A DNA stretch of 64,000 bases from Amphiscolops sp. MND2022 (GCA_964187785.1 OZ076409.1:60018001-60082000); one strand, 5' to 3'; numbered from the stretch's first letter, positions 49,397-61,473 are shown. Notes: generated by a model not told the origin, from the sequence alone. A program made the numbers and translations.

Positions 49397-52300
49397 TGGC
49401 GCTGCGAGCAGCTGACGATGATCAATCAAATGCCCCAGTCCCTGGACTGAGTTACTTCTGGCAAGATGCCGAAAAATCCCCTTCATACGACTGGGATCAA
49501 TGGCTGCAACTATTTGAGGTAGCAGTGTTGGCCCGTCACTCAATTTCTGTTTCCGAATTGACAAGAAATGCAGAACAACAACCCCGGGCCCAAGCACTGA
49601 TGGGAAACATGGAGGAAGCCCCTGCAGCAAGAAAGGTAATCAGCTTATTGTACATATCATTGGGAAAAACGGGCAGAAAAATGCTCATGGACAAGTTCCC
49701 CCAGATTAATATCTTACTGATCCAACTACAACAATTCCTCCAATTTTGTAACGAGTGTTTCCAAATACGTCGAAACAGAACGATGGACAGACATACCTTC
49801 TTGTCGCGAAAACAGAAGCCATCGGAATCACTACACCAGTACTGGAACGTCCTCAATGGGTTAGCAGCCAAATGTGACTTTGGTAATCAAACAGAAGGCT
49901 TGGTGTACGATGTGTTTGTACTAAATATGGCAAATAAGCAGGTGCAGGAGAAGCTGTGCACAGAGCCGAAAGAGACCCCGGCAGAGGCATTACAGTTCGC
50001 CATAGCATTTGAAGACGGATTGAAAAGACAGAGAACATATGGCTACATTGGAAACGAGACGAAAATCAAAGAAGAACCAGTTTGTACAATAAGTGGTAAT
50101 CGACAGAACACAAAAGAATGCTGGAGATGCGGTGCCGGTAATTTTACAATGGACCACTTGAAATTCTGTAAAGGACCAAACGCGACATATAATTACTGCG
50201 GCAGAAAAGGCCACTTGGAGAAAGTTTGTAACCAAAAGAAAAAGGATAATTTACAGCAAATTGGTAGATTCAGAGCAAGTGGCAGTAGTGAACAAATAAA
50301 CCGCCGCGTCCGATTGGTCGATCAGGAAGAAGAAGAGGATGACGATAATTTCTTGGTTTTGAATATAGATGGCCAAAGCGAAAACGTAAAACCGTACTAC
50401 ATGGAAGGGTTTATTAACGGAAATCGCTTCAAAACAATGATCGACTCAGGTTCGCCAGTAACCATTTTTGCGCTAGATGAAATTAAACAGATCATGCAAA
50501 GAGAAAAATTACAAGTGCGTCAAATGATCAAAGGCGAACGGTACGTGGATTTCAACGGGAAGCCGTTGAACTTACTGGGATACGTTTTCTGCGAATTACA
50601 AGTGGGGGACCAATACATTAAAAAGGCAAGAATTCTAGTCACAAAGAGCGGTACAAAGTCGATCATCGGCAGAGAATGGTTGTCAACGTTGAGATATACA
50701 ATTGCCCCAGTTAACCAAGGTGAGTGTGAAGTTAATTCAATTGAAAAAGAAGAAGAACTAAGTACGGAAACCAAGCAATTTTGTAATGATTTTCCACAAC
50801 TGTTCAAAAGAAATGGGAAGATAAAAGATCATGAAATCAAAATAAAGCTAAAACCGGACGCAAAAATCACGCAACAAAAAGGGAGACGAATCCCAATTCA
50901 ACTACAAAACGCGGTAGATGCGGAAATAAAACGATTACTAAAAGAAGGCCATATAGAAAAAATTAACGAAATCAAAGACGACGTATTTATACAGCCAACG
51001 GTAATAACAGTGAAGAAAGACCGTTCAGTAAAAATTGCGTTGGATGCAAGAGCGTTAAATCAAGCCATTGATAAAGATAAATACCAAATGCCGAACCTCG
51101 ATAATTTGTTAGACATGGTGGCCGAAAAGCTAGATAATGAAGAAGGTGAGGCATGGTATTCATCAGTCGATATGACTTACGCATACGGTCAAATTCCACT
51201 ACATTTGTTAACAGCGAAACACTGTAATTTTCAAATTATTGGCGGAGAATCGACGGGGACGTATCGATTTGTAACAGGTTTTTATGGTCTGACGGTTATG
51301 CCGACAGAATTTCAAAAAGTAATGGATTTGTTATTAGCAAAATTTAGAGAAGTGTTTGTCTTTATCGATGATATTTTAATTGTAACCAAGGGAAACAAAG
51401 CTGAACATTTGAACAAAGTGCGGGAAATTCTAAAAGTGCTAGATAAAGCAGAATTACAATTAAAGGCGGGAAAATGCAAATTTGCTAAACAAGAAATCGA
51501 GTGGTTAGGGTTCAAGTTGACAAATTCGGGCATTTCGCCAATAAATTCGAAAGTACAAGGAATTACAGAAAAACTCAGACCAACGAATTTGAAAGAACTA
51601 AGATCGTTCTTAGGCGCAGTGAATCAATTCAACAGATTTGTCCCAGATTTGGCTACAATTTGCTTTCCATTCCGTTCAATTTTAAAAAAGGAAGCTAATT
51701 GGGAATGGAATGAAGAACACGAAAAAGCATTCAAAAGAGTTAACAAAGAAGTGAGAAAAGTCGCGGAATTGACGCATTTTAAAAGAAACAAAGAACTGAG
51801 AATAATATGCGACGCCAGCAAACAAGGATTAGGCGCGGTACTTCAGCAAAAGGAAAAAGAAGGGTGGAAACCAATTTCATACGCGTCAAGATTTTTAACT
51901 GAACTAGAAGCAAAATATTCAATAAACGAATTAGAGTTATTAGCCGTAGTCTGGTCAGTGGAACATTTTAAAAATTACGTGTACGGGATAAATTTCGGAG
52001 TAGTGTCAGATCATAAGGCGCTACAGAGCGTTCTAAAGTCGAATAAAGGAAACAAAACGTATTCAAGTAGACTCACAAGGTGGGTGGATAGACTCCTTCC
52101 TTTCGATTTCAATGTAGTGCATGAACCTGGCAGAACTTTAGGTTTAGCAGATTATTTGTCACGCCATCCTTCCGAGTATAATGGTTCAATTCTAAAAGCG
52201 GAAGAATTGTTTAATAATTGGTTTACGATAAATGTGGTGAAAGAAATCGTCCCAACATTAAATAGAAATTCAGCAAAAGAAAATGAACCAATCAGAAGCG

Positions 52301-54054
52301 AGGAAAGTTTTGGAAGAACGAAATTGGCTAACAAGAGTGTGCTAACAATTCACCAGCCTACGCAGTCGAGCGTAAATTGTGAACAAATAAACAAAAAGCC
52401 AATTAACGCAGAAATGGCGAATGATCTAGTCAATTCAAAAATCAGCCAAGTTTACGTAAAGGCTAATTACGAAAATGACAAAAACATTCAAAAAATTATT
52501 CGTTTATTAAAAAAGAAAGATTCGTCGGTAATTGCTCGACTACCGCCCCCGTGGAGGGAAAAATTCTCATCATTTAGCTTAGATTCTCAAGACCTACTTT
52601 ATATGGATCAGAGATTAGTGATTCCAAAAGATATGAGAGAGAATGTTTTACGCGCTATCCATTTCGGTCACGCAGGGAGAGACGCGATGCTACGGGAAGC
52701 GTCAGACGTATGGTGGCCAAGGATCCATAGAGAGATCATAGAAAAAGCAAAAAGTTGCGTGGATTGCCAAAATGCAGGTAAGAATCTTAAATGTCTAAAG
52801 AGTCAAAAAGATTTTGAAAAACTACCGGAAGCGAATCAGCCTAATGACGAAATATCCTTAGACTTTGCTGGCCCATTTCAAAATGCAAGAAAACAGAAAA
52901 AGTATTTGTTAGTCTCGGTCGATAATAATTCAGGTTGGCCGGATGCAATGTTTTTACCAAACCCAACGGCTGAAAAGGTAATTGAATTCCTGTTAGAGTA
53001 CATTGCCAAAAATGGAATTCCGAAAAGAATACGGACGGACCCGGGAACAGTGTTTACGGGGGACAAATTCAAAGCATTTTGTAGAGAAAAATTCATTCAA
53101 CACATAGTATGCCCAAGACGTGACCATAGAGGAAATGGGAAAGTTGAGAGAATGATTCGAACAGTAAACGAAAGGCTTAGAACAAATAGAAACATAATTG
53201 TTCAAAAGGATACAACGGGAATATCAAATATACTATTTGCGCTAAGATCGGAAAAGGGAGCGGACAACAAATCAGCTTTTGAAAAGCAAATGGGTAGAAC
53301 ACCAAATACATTAAAATCTGCTATGATAAGAAAGTGTATTTTAGAAGACCCAAAGCTCCAAATCGAACCCGAGGACTTCAGCGAAGAAGCCGACTCAACA
53401 ATTCTCGTAAGAGAACGCGTGAGAGGTACCAAACTCGAAGGAAATTTCAAAAAGATGAAAGGAAAGGTGACCGCTGAAAGTGAACACACCATCACAATCC
53501 AGCCGAAAGCCGGAAAAACAACAATACTGTCAAAGCGAGATGTGGCTAAAGTAAACGAAGGAGCCAGCACAAGCGCAATGAAACAAAATGAAGAAACCAG
53601 CACGAGCGCACAAAAGCCAGTTAAAGCAAAGAAAGCAAAGAAGCAAAAAGTGGCAGTGGCAAAGAAAAAGCCAGTCTGGGAAGAAATGGCAGAAAGGGAA
53701 TTCTTTCGAGGCAGACTCGCATCAAACGAGGGCGGAGAAAAAGAACAACAAATTGAACCAGAACAACAAGAAGAAAGTGCTGAAGCAAATAGCGCAGACG
53801 AATCAACAATACCGGCAAATGAAGAAAAAGAAATGAAGACAACGGAAAGCATGGAAGAAGAAGAAAAGAACAAAGAAAAGAAAGTACCCGTGAAGGGAAA
53901 GATAAAGTGGGAGAAAGTAGCTCAAAGAAGTTCAACGCGAACCCAGAAAAAGCCTGATTGGCTAGGAAATAACATAATGGTCACAAAGATCGAACAGGAA
54001 TCCAGCGTAGGAGAAAGTCTACCGAGCGTATACGAAATACCTCCTCCTCAATAG
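49396..54054 (+). CDS. Gag-Pol polyprotein (1552 aa): gag with Zn knuckles, aspartic protease, reverse transcriptase, RNase H, integrase
   Basis: CWRC..H...C and YNYCGRKGHLEKVC knuckles; MIDSGSPVT protease; VDMTYAYGQ and FIDDILIV RT; CDASKQGLGAVL, ELELLAV and SDHKAL RNase H; HFGH..CVDC zinc domain; LDFAGP, RTDPG and GKVERMI DDE integrase. Confidence 0.97.
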   Translation: MALRAADDDQSNAPVPGLSYFWQDAEKSPSYDWDQWLQLFEVAVLARHSISVSELTRNAEQQPRAQALMGNMEEAPAARKVISLLYISLGKTGRKMLMDKFPQINILLIQLQQFLQFCNECFQIRRNRTMDRHTFLSRKQKPSESLHQYWNVLNGLAAKCDFGNQTEGLVYDVFVLNMANKQVQEKLCTEPKETPAEALQFAIAFEDGLKRQRTYGYIGNETKIKEEPVCTISGNRQNTKECWRCGAGNFTMDHLKFCKGPNATYNYCGRKGHLEKVCNQKKKDNLQQIGRFRASGSSEQINRRVRLVDQEEEEDDDNFLVLNIDGQSENVKPYYMEGFINGNRFKTMIDSGSPVTIFALDEIKQIMQREKLQVRQMIKGERYVDFNGKPLNLLGYVFCELQVGDQYIKKARILVTKSGTKSIIGREWLSTLRYTIAPVNQGECEVNSIEKEEELSTETKQFCNDFPQLFKRNGKIKDHEIKIKLKPDAKITQQKGRRIPIQLQNAVDAEIKRLLKEGHIEKINEIKDDVFIQPTVITVKKDRSVKIALDARALNQAIDKDKYQMPNLDNLLDMVAEKLDNEEGEAWYSSVDMTYAYGQIPLHLLTAKHCNFQIIGGESTGTYRFVTGFYGLTVMPTEFQKVMDLLLAKFREVFVFIDDILIVTKGNKAEHLNKVREILKVLDKAELQLKAGKCKFAKQEIEWLGFKLTNSGISPINSKVQGITEKLRPTNLKELRSFLGAVNQFNRFVPDLATICFPFRSILKKEANWEWNEEHEKAFKRVNKEVRKVAELTHFKRNKELRIICDASKQGLGAVLQQKEKEGWKPISYASRFLTELEAKYSINELELLAVVWSVEHFKNYVYGINFGVVSDHKALQSVLKSNKGNKTYSSRLTRWVDRLLPFDFNVVHEPGRTLGLADYLSRHPSEYNGSILKAEELFNNWFTINVVKEIVPTLNRNSAKENEPIRSEESFGRTKLANKSVLTIHQPTQSSVNCEQINKKPINAEMANDLVNSKISQVYVKANYENDKNIQKIIRLLKKKDSSVIARLPPPWREKFSSFSLDSQDLLYMDQRLVIPKDMRENVLRAIHFGHAGRDAMLREASDVWWPRIHREIIEKAKSCVDCQNAGKNLKCLKSQKDFEKLPEANQPNDEISLDFAGPFQNARKQKKYLLVSVDNNSGWPDAMFLPNPTAEKVIEFLLEYIAKNGIPKRIRTDPGTVFTGDKFKAFCREKFIQHIVCPRRDHRGNGKVERMIRTVNERLRTNRNIIVQKDTTGISNILFALRSEKGADNKSAFEKQMGRTPNTLKSAMIRKCILEDPKLQIEPEDFSEEADSTILVRERVRGTKLEGNFKKMKGKVTAESEHTITIQPKAGKTTILSKRDVAKVNEGASTSAMKQNEETSTSAQKPVKAKKAKKQKVAVAKKKPVWEEMAEREFFRGRLASNEGGEKEQQIEPEQQEESAEANSADESTIPANEEKEMKTTESMEEEEKNKEKKVPVKGKIKWEKVAQRSSTRTQKKPDWLGNNIMVTKIEQESSVGESLPSVYEIPPPQ
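49397..49411 (+). promoter_or_regulatory. Primer-binding site, tRNA-Ser-like
   Basis: TGGCGCTGCGAGCAG directly after the LTR. Its reverse complement CTGCTCGCAGCGCCA resembles eukaryotic tRNA-Ser 3' ends (tRNA identity from recall, not searched). Confidence 0.8.
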
Positions 54055-54367
54055 CAGCAAAAACTGACAACTGAAACTCACTAAACATTCCCGAAAGCTT
54101 GATAACTCCTGGCTTACTTATAGTTATTGCCATTGTCATGTAATCTGTAATCTTGAACCAAACCCGCAGTTTGAGTTTTAAAAGAACTGGTGTTGTAGTA
54201 ACGTTTGTTCAAAATTGTTAATTGTGTTTTTAGTTGATACGTATTATCATGAAAAAAGTAGCAATCTGTAAAAGTATTGGCTAAACGACGGATCAATCAC
54301 ATAACAATGTTAATGTAAACGTAATTAAAGTTCAATTGTACAAAACCCCATGACCTTCATTAATACC

Positions 54368-54375
54368 GAGGGAAG
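54368..54375 (+). promoter_or_regulatory. Polypurine tract
   Basis: GAGGGAAG abutting the TG of the 3' LTR. Confidence 0.8.
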
Positions 54376-54589
54376 TGTGGTAGGTGCTAGAAAACTAACA
54401 TTACATAACCTAAAGCTTATGTGAGAAAATCAATAGTGTGAAATACTTTATTACGTAACATAGTAACAACCTGCCAAATTATGCCAAAGTGGCAAATTAA
54501 CAACAATTGCCATAAATCAGAATACCGTTGAATTTACAGTTGCTATCATATTCTTCTTTACTTCCACTCCTGAGTCGTAGACGTTTACA
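54376..54589 (+). repeat. 3' LTR (214 bp)
   Basis: Direct repeat of 49183-49396, followed by TSD GTTAA. Confidence 0.97.
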
Positions 54590-57500
54590 GTTAAGTTATT
54601 TTTTTCTCTATCGTAACCTTTCTTAGAATTGCTTGAAATTTTTTAAGGTTACCAGCAACTTTTATTATGGTTTTCTGAAATCTATTCCACGCTGTGTTCG
54701 ACTTGTTTCAGGCTGCTTGACAAATTCATCAAACATTTAGCTGCAATTCGAAACGATGCAATGTTGCAAGCTTTTAAGGCTTCAGCACTTCCTTTACCAA
54801 TGACTGATACTCCAAAAATGCTTTTGAAAAGCACGGACTTAATAGCATGTCTAAAAAGAACGTTCGTTACACACTGGCCCTGTTTTAAGGCACAATAACT
54901 AGCATAAATTTTTATCTAGAATACAAAACTGTCTGCTTGAACTTTTTACGACCGATATTGAGAAAGTTGGAGATAGCAAACTCTACTAAACTCCAATTCA
55001 AATTAGAGTTTTTTCGTTGTTTGAGAGGCTTAAATTCAATATTTTAGGAATGTTGGTTATTCAGAGACTCCTCATAAACAACCGAACCAACTGAAATGTA
55101 GTGATTGAGAGTTAGTTTTGAAAATGCACTCTATTTTGTGTCCTTTAATCACAGTAATACATGTGTTAGGCATGCTAGAAGAGTTATATTTAAAAATTGG
55201 ATGATTTTTATTTGAAATCGAAGCAGTTTTTCAATCAAATATAACAGTGTCCTCAGGAGATTTGGAGACATGTGTTAGGCGACACATTCTAACAAAGAGA
55301 TCGGAACTTTTGAAAATTGAGAAAGAGTGCAAGTTGACTGTTTTTAAGATAGTTGGAATTGAAATATTTCAAGCAACGGAGTTGCTATGTTTTAGAATAC
55401 TAATGTTATTGATCGGCAAAATTGTGTTTACAGCGTGATCGTGTCGAAAACGAAGTGCGATATACTTTTGGTTAAATTGCAGTAAAGGAACCTGCTGTAT
55501 ATATTTTTTTAAAAAAATTGCGATCACAAGCACCCTGACGTTTCTAGGGTTCATCAAAAATCACCCTGCATACAGGTGGGCAGCAAGTGAAAAATCCCAA
55601 AAATTTCATCTACCTGTATGATTCGATCCTAAATATTTCGAGTCCATAAAATTTGGTTGCAATTTCCGTTCGTTGCAATTCTAATCCATCATTTATACTA
55701 TGACCTTCATCTAAGGAGGTGTTTTTCCAAATTGTTCTGCCTTCTGAGTTGGTATTCAATATCTATTTCAAAACCCTACCAATATGCAATTAGGTCCTAG
55801 ACGCATGCCAAGATTTTATATATATTAAGATTCTTCCAGAGTTTCCCAATTCCTTGCCGAATACAATTGGAATTAAAGATGTGTAATTGTGCTGATTGTT
55901 ACAATTTTGGCATTGGCATGATGTTTACTATTTTGAGGAAACAGCTCAAATTGATTGATAAAAAACAAGTTGTTCACCGAACGTTTTTTAAAATTGGCAA
56001 TAATTGGCAGTAAAATTGACAATTTTACTCGAATGTTGCCTTTTCTTTGGCTTTTCTTTGCCTCTGAATCTACACAATTACTTTGCCTTTCATCAAAAAC
56101 AAGCGTAGGCACCTTCAACTTCAAACATATCAGAAGCATTTTTGTTTCCAAACCTCTCTAATTTTTTTGCTGATGAAAAAGTGGACTTGACAGATAAACG
56201 GGGAGAAAAAACATGATTGATAAGCTCTCTCTAGAGAAACACTCATGGAAATCTAATCAATTCACTGGAAGATTCTTTAGGAATGTTAAATGTGACAAAA
56301 ATTGTTGTCCTTTTCATTTGTGCGCAGCGCGGCGTTTATCGCCTTTCGCTATGGTACTGAAGATTAGAACTAGATTAAACTTGCCTTATTTTTATCATGA
56401 TAACTAACTACTTGACTGTTGTATGGTGAAATTGATGAACGACGTTGTTATTTAATAAGACTCAGATAAGTAAAACGTACATTCAATTATGGAGGTAAGC
56501 AGAATAACGAGTTCATATTTATGAGCAATACTAACCAGGTTAAAGTCGATATTCCATCTACTCTTGTGCATCCCATCTTACCATCTCATACTCATCTAAA
56601 CAATCAACCTTTTTATGCGACTCCATACATGAAATAACATCAACATCGCTTCAGGTATACCCGTGACTCCGTGACTTTTTACATGTTGTAGGTATACACG
56701 CAGGGTATTTTTTAAAATAAAACATAGAAAACTCAGACTGCGCGTAGGGAAAAACTTGTAAACTAACACTGCAGCATGGAAAATTCTGACAGCACTTCAC
56801 TGCGCGTTGAAAAAATCGCTGCAACTTATAAAAATTTTAAAAAAAAATCCATGCATTATTTTTTTTTCGTGAACGTCAGCGCAAGCGTAAAAACACGTTA
56901 AAAACTTTCTCACATTGTAACTAGGCTAGAAATAATGATTTTTCTCTAAGATTGTCTGGAAAGCTGAAACCTCTACTAATGGTGATTTGAAAAAAAGGAA
57001 AATGAATCTGAATTAGGATGATTAATAAGGAAATGCAACTTCAAAATTGAAAAAGGAAGCAATTCAAAGGCAAGGCAAATAATGTTTAGCAACTGGGAAG
57101 CAAAATTTCTTGACTCTGCCGATGTCGAATGCGGATCCCAGCTTTCGAGGGTGCTGCTTGCCAGTCTCGTTAAAGGAGTTCGCACAAAAGCTACCATTTT
57201 GGGGTTATAACCTGAAACAAAGAAAAACATTAACAAAGTGGTATCAGCAAAAAGCAAACTCCAAAAATAAACATTATATCTTCTTAAAAACATCTGTTAG
57301 CCTGGCACTACTTAGACAACACACACTCAAAAAAACTACTAGGAAGTGAGCAATTCGACGTTTCGGAAGACAAAAACCATAAATGTGCTAAATTCAGAAG
57401 CTTCAGATTTCCGGTTTTTCTAAAATCTGAGCTGTACTTATATGAATGCTCTGAAAAAACATGTTTCGGAAAATGAGAAAGCTCATTTTTGATGGTTTTT

Positions 57501-59389
57501 AACCAAAGCCATGGAAAAGTCAGCACCACTAACACCACTTGCATAAAAAGATACTATGATTAAGGATATATCCTTGTAAAGAAACGAAATGAAACAATCG
57601 TATCGATAGAGCTAAATGATTTTATGCTGGAAATCAAAAGAATTAGCATGATGCGTTAGATAGTGTCTGAAGGGTGGGTTAAAAGAATAAATCATTTTTA
57701 CTCGTTATTCAATGTCAAACATGATTTGACATATACTTTGATGTAAGATACTAAAAATAAAACCTTGAGACCTTGACTTTTTACTACTTTTGCTTGAAAT
57801 TCAATATAAAAGCAAGCAAATTCAATAACATTTGCCTTGGTTTGCTTCGAATGTTTCAAAAGTGCCCCGCTGTCAAGTCACATTGCGTTTCAACATTGAG
57901 TTTTAGACTTTTCTGTTTTCTCTTTGTGCAGTCAAGAAATGAACATTCGGAATGTTTTTTCAGACCGTCTGTTTCCTAATGTTTTTCCAGGTGACCCTAA
58001 CCGTCGACTGTTTCGAATTTTCAAAAGTACTTTTTGTTAATTGCGCGCAATATTTATTACTTTCTAGCAACGTTTAAGGGCCCGGAAATTTTAGACGAAA
58101 AATACAACGAGTAACGCAAAATTGAAACATACCATGGATCGACTTCTTGAAAACAACCTCGAAACAATTACCGGAAGAAAGTTCATCTCCCATTTCCGCC
58201 GGTTAGGCGCAAAATGAGAAATTGCTTTTCTAAGTCAGCTATCAAATCCCATGGCTAGCTATGGTACGCTATTTGCAGGCAAGTGGTCCAGCAATGGTCG
58301 GCTTGAAGTTGTCGTTTCAAAAAGACTTGATCAAGATCAAAACAAAGACTGAAATTGCTCTTCACTCATCTTTGCTCTTGTCATTTCGCTTGTCGTCACT
58401 TGACCTGTTAAGTTTTCGTCATGAGCGTACCACTAAACTCGGATTCAAGATCGTTAAGATACAATATGGGTGGGTTGAAAGTGATTCTAACCTTGTAGAG
58501 CTCTAATACAGGTCAAATGTTGTGTGAGGTCCACAGTTTTAGTCCTAGAAATTTGTTTGAAGTCTTAAGCAACAATTTTTGGTTGAAAACCATTACACCT
58601 AAAAAGTAAAATCCACATAAAACTGTCATCATGAGGTTCTTTAATGAGGCCCGGATATCATTTTAGGACTATTATAGGCCGAGCTTATCTTGGAAACGCC
58701 ACTTTGTAGCCAGTGCTTCAGAGCAAATGTAGATATATCAAAATAAATTAATTACAGGAACAGATTGTGGAGGGCTTACAAGCCGCACTGGACTGTTGGT
58801 TCACGTCACGGGTTTAGCAAAGTTTACCACAAAACTTTGAATCGCAAAATGTGCCATGGCCGCCGTAGTGCCAACAGTGGGGCTGTGATGGGAAAAAGGA
58901 TGGTCATCGATGGGTTAACCTGGGATGTTGCCCCTGTTCTCCTCTTATTCTAAATATATCCTGCCAGAGTACCTTGAGGAAAAAAGATTCCCCATTTTTG
59001 GAAAAACTGCCGAAAAATTGGCTATTTGTATCATGCCAAAAATTTCAGAGTTCGGTCTGATTTTATGACATTTACAAAAATGCAAGTAATGTAGAAAACA
59101 TAAATTTTTAAGCCGCGGTTATTGACTTGGACACTTTTTCCTGGAAAGTGCGATCCAAGTTTGTCAAGTTTTCCACAAAACGTCGTTGCTGGACAGGGAA
59201 TTTATGTTAATTGTGAATGATGCCTAGAATGCACTATTGCTTTTGGAATCGTCCGCATGTGTTCCAATTTTGATGTAAGGCTTAGAAGTTTGTTTAAGTA
59301 GGTCAGAAATTTACTATCAACCGTATTCACAGAGTGTTCCCTAGCTGATACTGCTGGGAAGTTTTTACTGATGCTTCCATGTATGCAAG

Positions 59390-59585
59390 ATAAATCTGTA
59401 AAACTTCATGGCTCCGAATTGCCGCCAAATTTAGGATGCATCTTTTAGGCAGCTTGGTAAACATCGGTTGAATCATTGAAATATTGATGCATCGAAGTTT
59501 CCTGGAGAGTTCTATAAAATCAAGATAATTTATCTTGGCAACCTACAAAATTTTTTTAAAACTTCAAGCAATTTCAAACAAGGTT
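59390..59585 (-). repeat. Inverted copy of the dispersed repeat at 11345-11540
   Basis: GGCTCCGAATTGCCGCCAAATTTAGGATGCATCTTTTAGGCAGCTTG. Confidence 0.8.
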
Positions 59586-59924
59586 TCTGAACACAACTAT
59601 CTTCTGCGTCACAGTTTATGAAGAGACATTGATGGATGACCATTCCGTTTGTAGTTTTCCACCCATATTTCATATATGAGACTATTATCAGCAGCAGGAC
59701 ATTATTTTCCCAGCTGCGTGTCTCAATTATTTAGGCCTCAGTCAAAATAGAGCTCTATCCACAGATTTCCAAAATGGAAAAAGCTGCTTCTTAGCATTTT
59801 TCATTATCGAGAAGTCGGTGCAAAGTTTTGAAAGATGTTTGAACTTATATAGTAAATTTATTTCTGGGACGAACATATTCTAGTACTTAGCCGATGTCTT
59901 CTTGCATATCAAGAATTACACTAT

Positions 59925-61473
59925 GGGAATGAACCGCGAAATCCACGAGAAAGCCGAATCATGCCCAAGCTGTAGAGCCGCAGGTAAGAATCTTATTACT
60001 CAAATTCCGTCCACGGAGAAAAATAATTTAGACATTTTAACGGAACCAAATCAAGAAATCCAATTGGATTTCGCCGGTCCAATCAAATCAAAAACACGCG
60101 GCGATGTATATATTTTAGTAGCAATTGACCGTTTTAGCAAATGGCCGACCGCACATATTTGCAAAAGCGCGGATACACGGACCGTCAAGAAATTTTTAAC
60201 TAAATATTTTACGGACAACGGGATACCAAGGGTTATTCGAACCGACAACGGAAGCTGCTTTAAAAGCATCGAATTCAAACAGTTCTGTAAAGACCAAAAT
60301 ATTAAACGTATACGGTGCACTCCAAATTTACACACCGGCACCGGTCTGGTTGAACGAGCTATCCGGTCAATTAAATCGCTCACCCGAGCAAACATGGCAG
60401 ACGGCCTAACTTTCGAAGACAGTGTCCAACTGGCAATAAGAACAATCAGAAAAACGCCGCACAGCAAATTAAAAATGACACCCTTCCAAATGCATCTAGG
60501 TAGAAAACCGCGCACCGCTCTGATCAATTTAATAGACAAGCCGGAATGTCTACTTGCTAATTGGAAGAAAACGCTAACCAATTACATTTTAGCCCAACCA
60601 ACAGAACTACAGGTCGTCACTATCAACGATGCAGGAGGAGAACTAGCCGACTACTTGGTGTTAAACGAACCAAAGAAGAAAGGACGTTCGGTAAGCCGGG
60701 ATTTTAAAAACTACCAATTTTATGAGAAAGAAAACAAACCGAATTCCATGAAATGTGGTTTTAAAACAAATAAGGTTTTAACAGCAGTAGCAGAAACAAA
60801 ACACACGGTAACTACCTCTGAAGGGAGGATAATACACAAAAAACTGGCGTCAAAACCCCTGAAATTTCAGACACCAAGAAAACCCGAAGAACAAAGACGG
60901 CCAACCAACAGATCCCGCAGATGCGGGAAATTCAGCAGTGGCGAACTGTGTGAAACGCATCTACGCCTTGAGGCGGCCAGACAAGACAGTAACAGCAACG
61001 AACCCGGTACCAGTTACACCGCAATTCCGACCATGCCGTCAAAGAAACGACCATACAGCCGCGTGATACTGTACGACTCCTCTAGCAACGACTCGGAACC
61101 GACAAACGATCAAGCCGATATGACCACCTCAGAAGGAGAAGCCACCGAAGACATCACACTCAGGGACATGATCGGCCGGGAAGTCGAACGCCTACGGTCG
61201 GAAACACCGATGCCGTCCTCCCCAATCGGCTGTAGCACAGAGCTGGTCCCGCCCGAAGATACAGCACAACCGGACACATCCGGAACACCAATCCGGAATC
61301 AAGGCACTTCCGGCATAGAAACCGTACATCAGAACGCCACAGGTAAAGTACGGCTAAAACAAAATGATAACGGGGAAAATAACCCACTAGATCTAACCAT
61401 AGAGCCACGTAGATCTGAAAGAATAAGAACTGCAAAAAGAACAGTCAAACTAGGTGGTGTTGAGTATTTTTAA
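59925..61473 (+). pseudogene. 5'-truncated Gypsy pol fragment: integrase (half zinc domain, DDE core) plus long C-terminal extension, frame still open
   Basis: GMNREIHEKAESCPSC (CC half of HHCC only), IQLDFAGP, LVAIDRFSKW, IRTDNGSCF, GTGLVERAIR, TPHSKLKMTPF. Homologous to, but diverged from, the integrase at ~52.7-53.3 kb. No RT, RNase H or gag upstream. Confidence 0.9.

Larger units (their letters stand above)
49183..54589 (+). mobile_element. Full-length, recently inserted Ty3/Gypsy LTR retrotransposon (5407 bp)
   Basis: TG...CA LTRs at 49183-49396 and 54376-54589, TSD GTTAA (49178-49182 and 54590-54594), PBS, PPT and one uninterrupted gag-pol with PR-RT-RH-INT order. Confidence 0.98.

Noticed and set aside
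53202..53935. Antisense ORFs of 223 and 104 aa over the gag-pol tail (also 60051-60581)
   Set aside because: Low-complexity Ser/Phe-rich shadows of the purine-rich sense ORF, with no domain features.
54055..54367. env or extra ORF in the intact Gypsy element
   Set aside because: Only ~310 bp of AT-rich 3' UTR with no substantial sense ORF.
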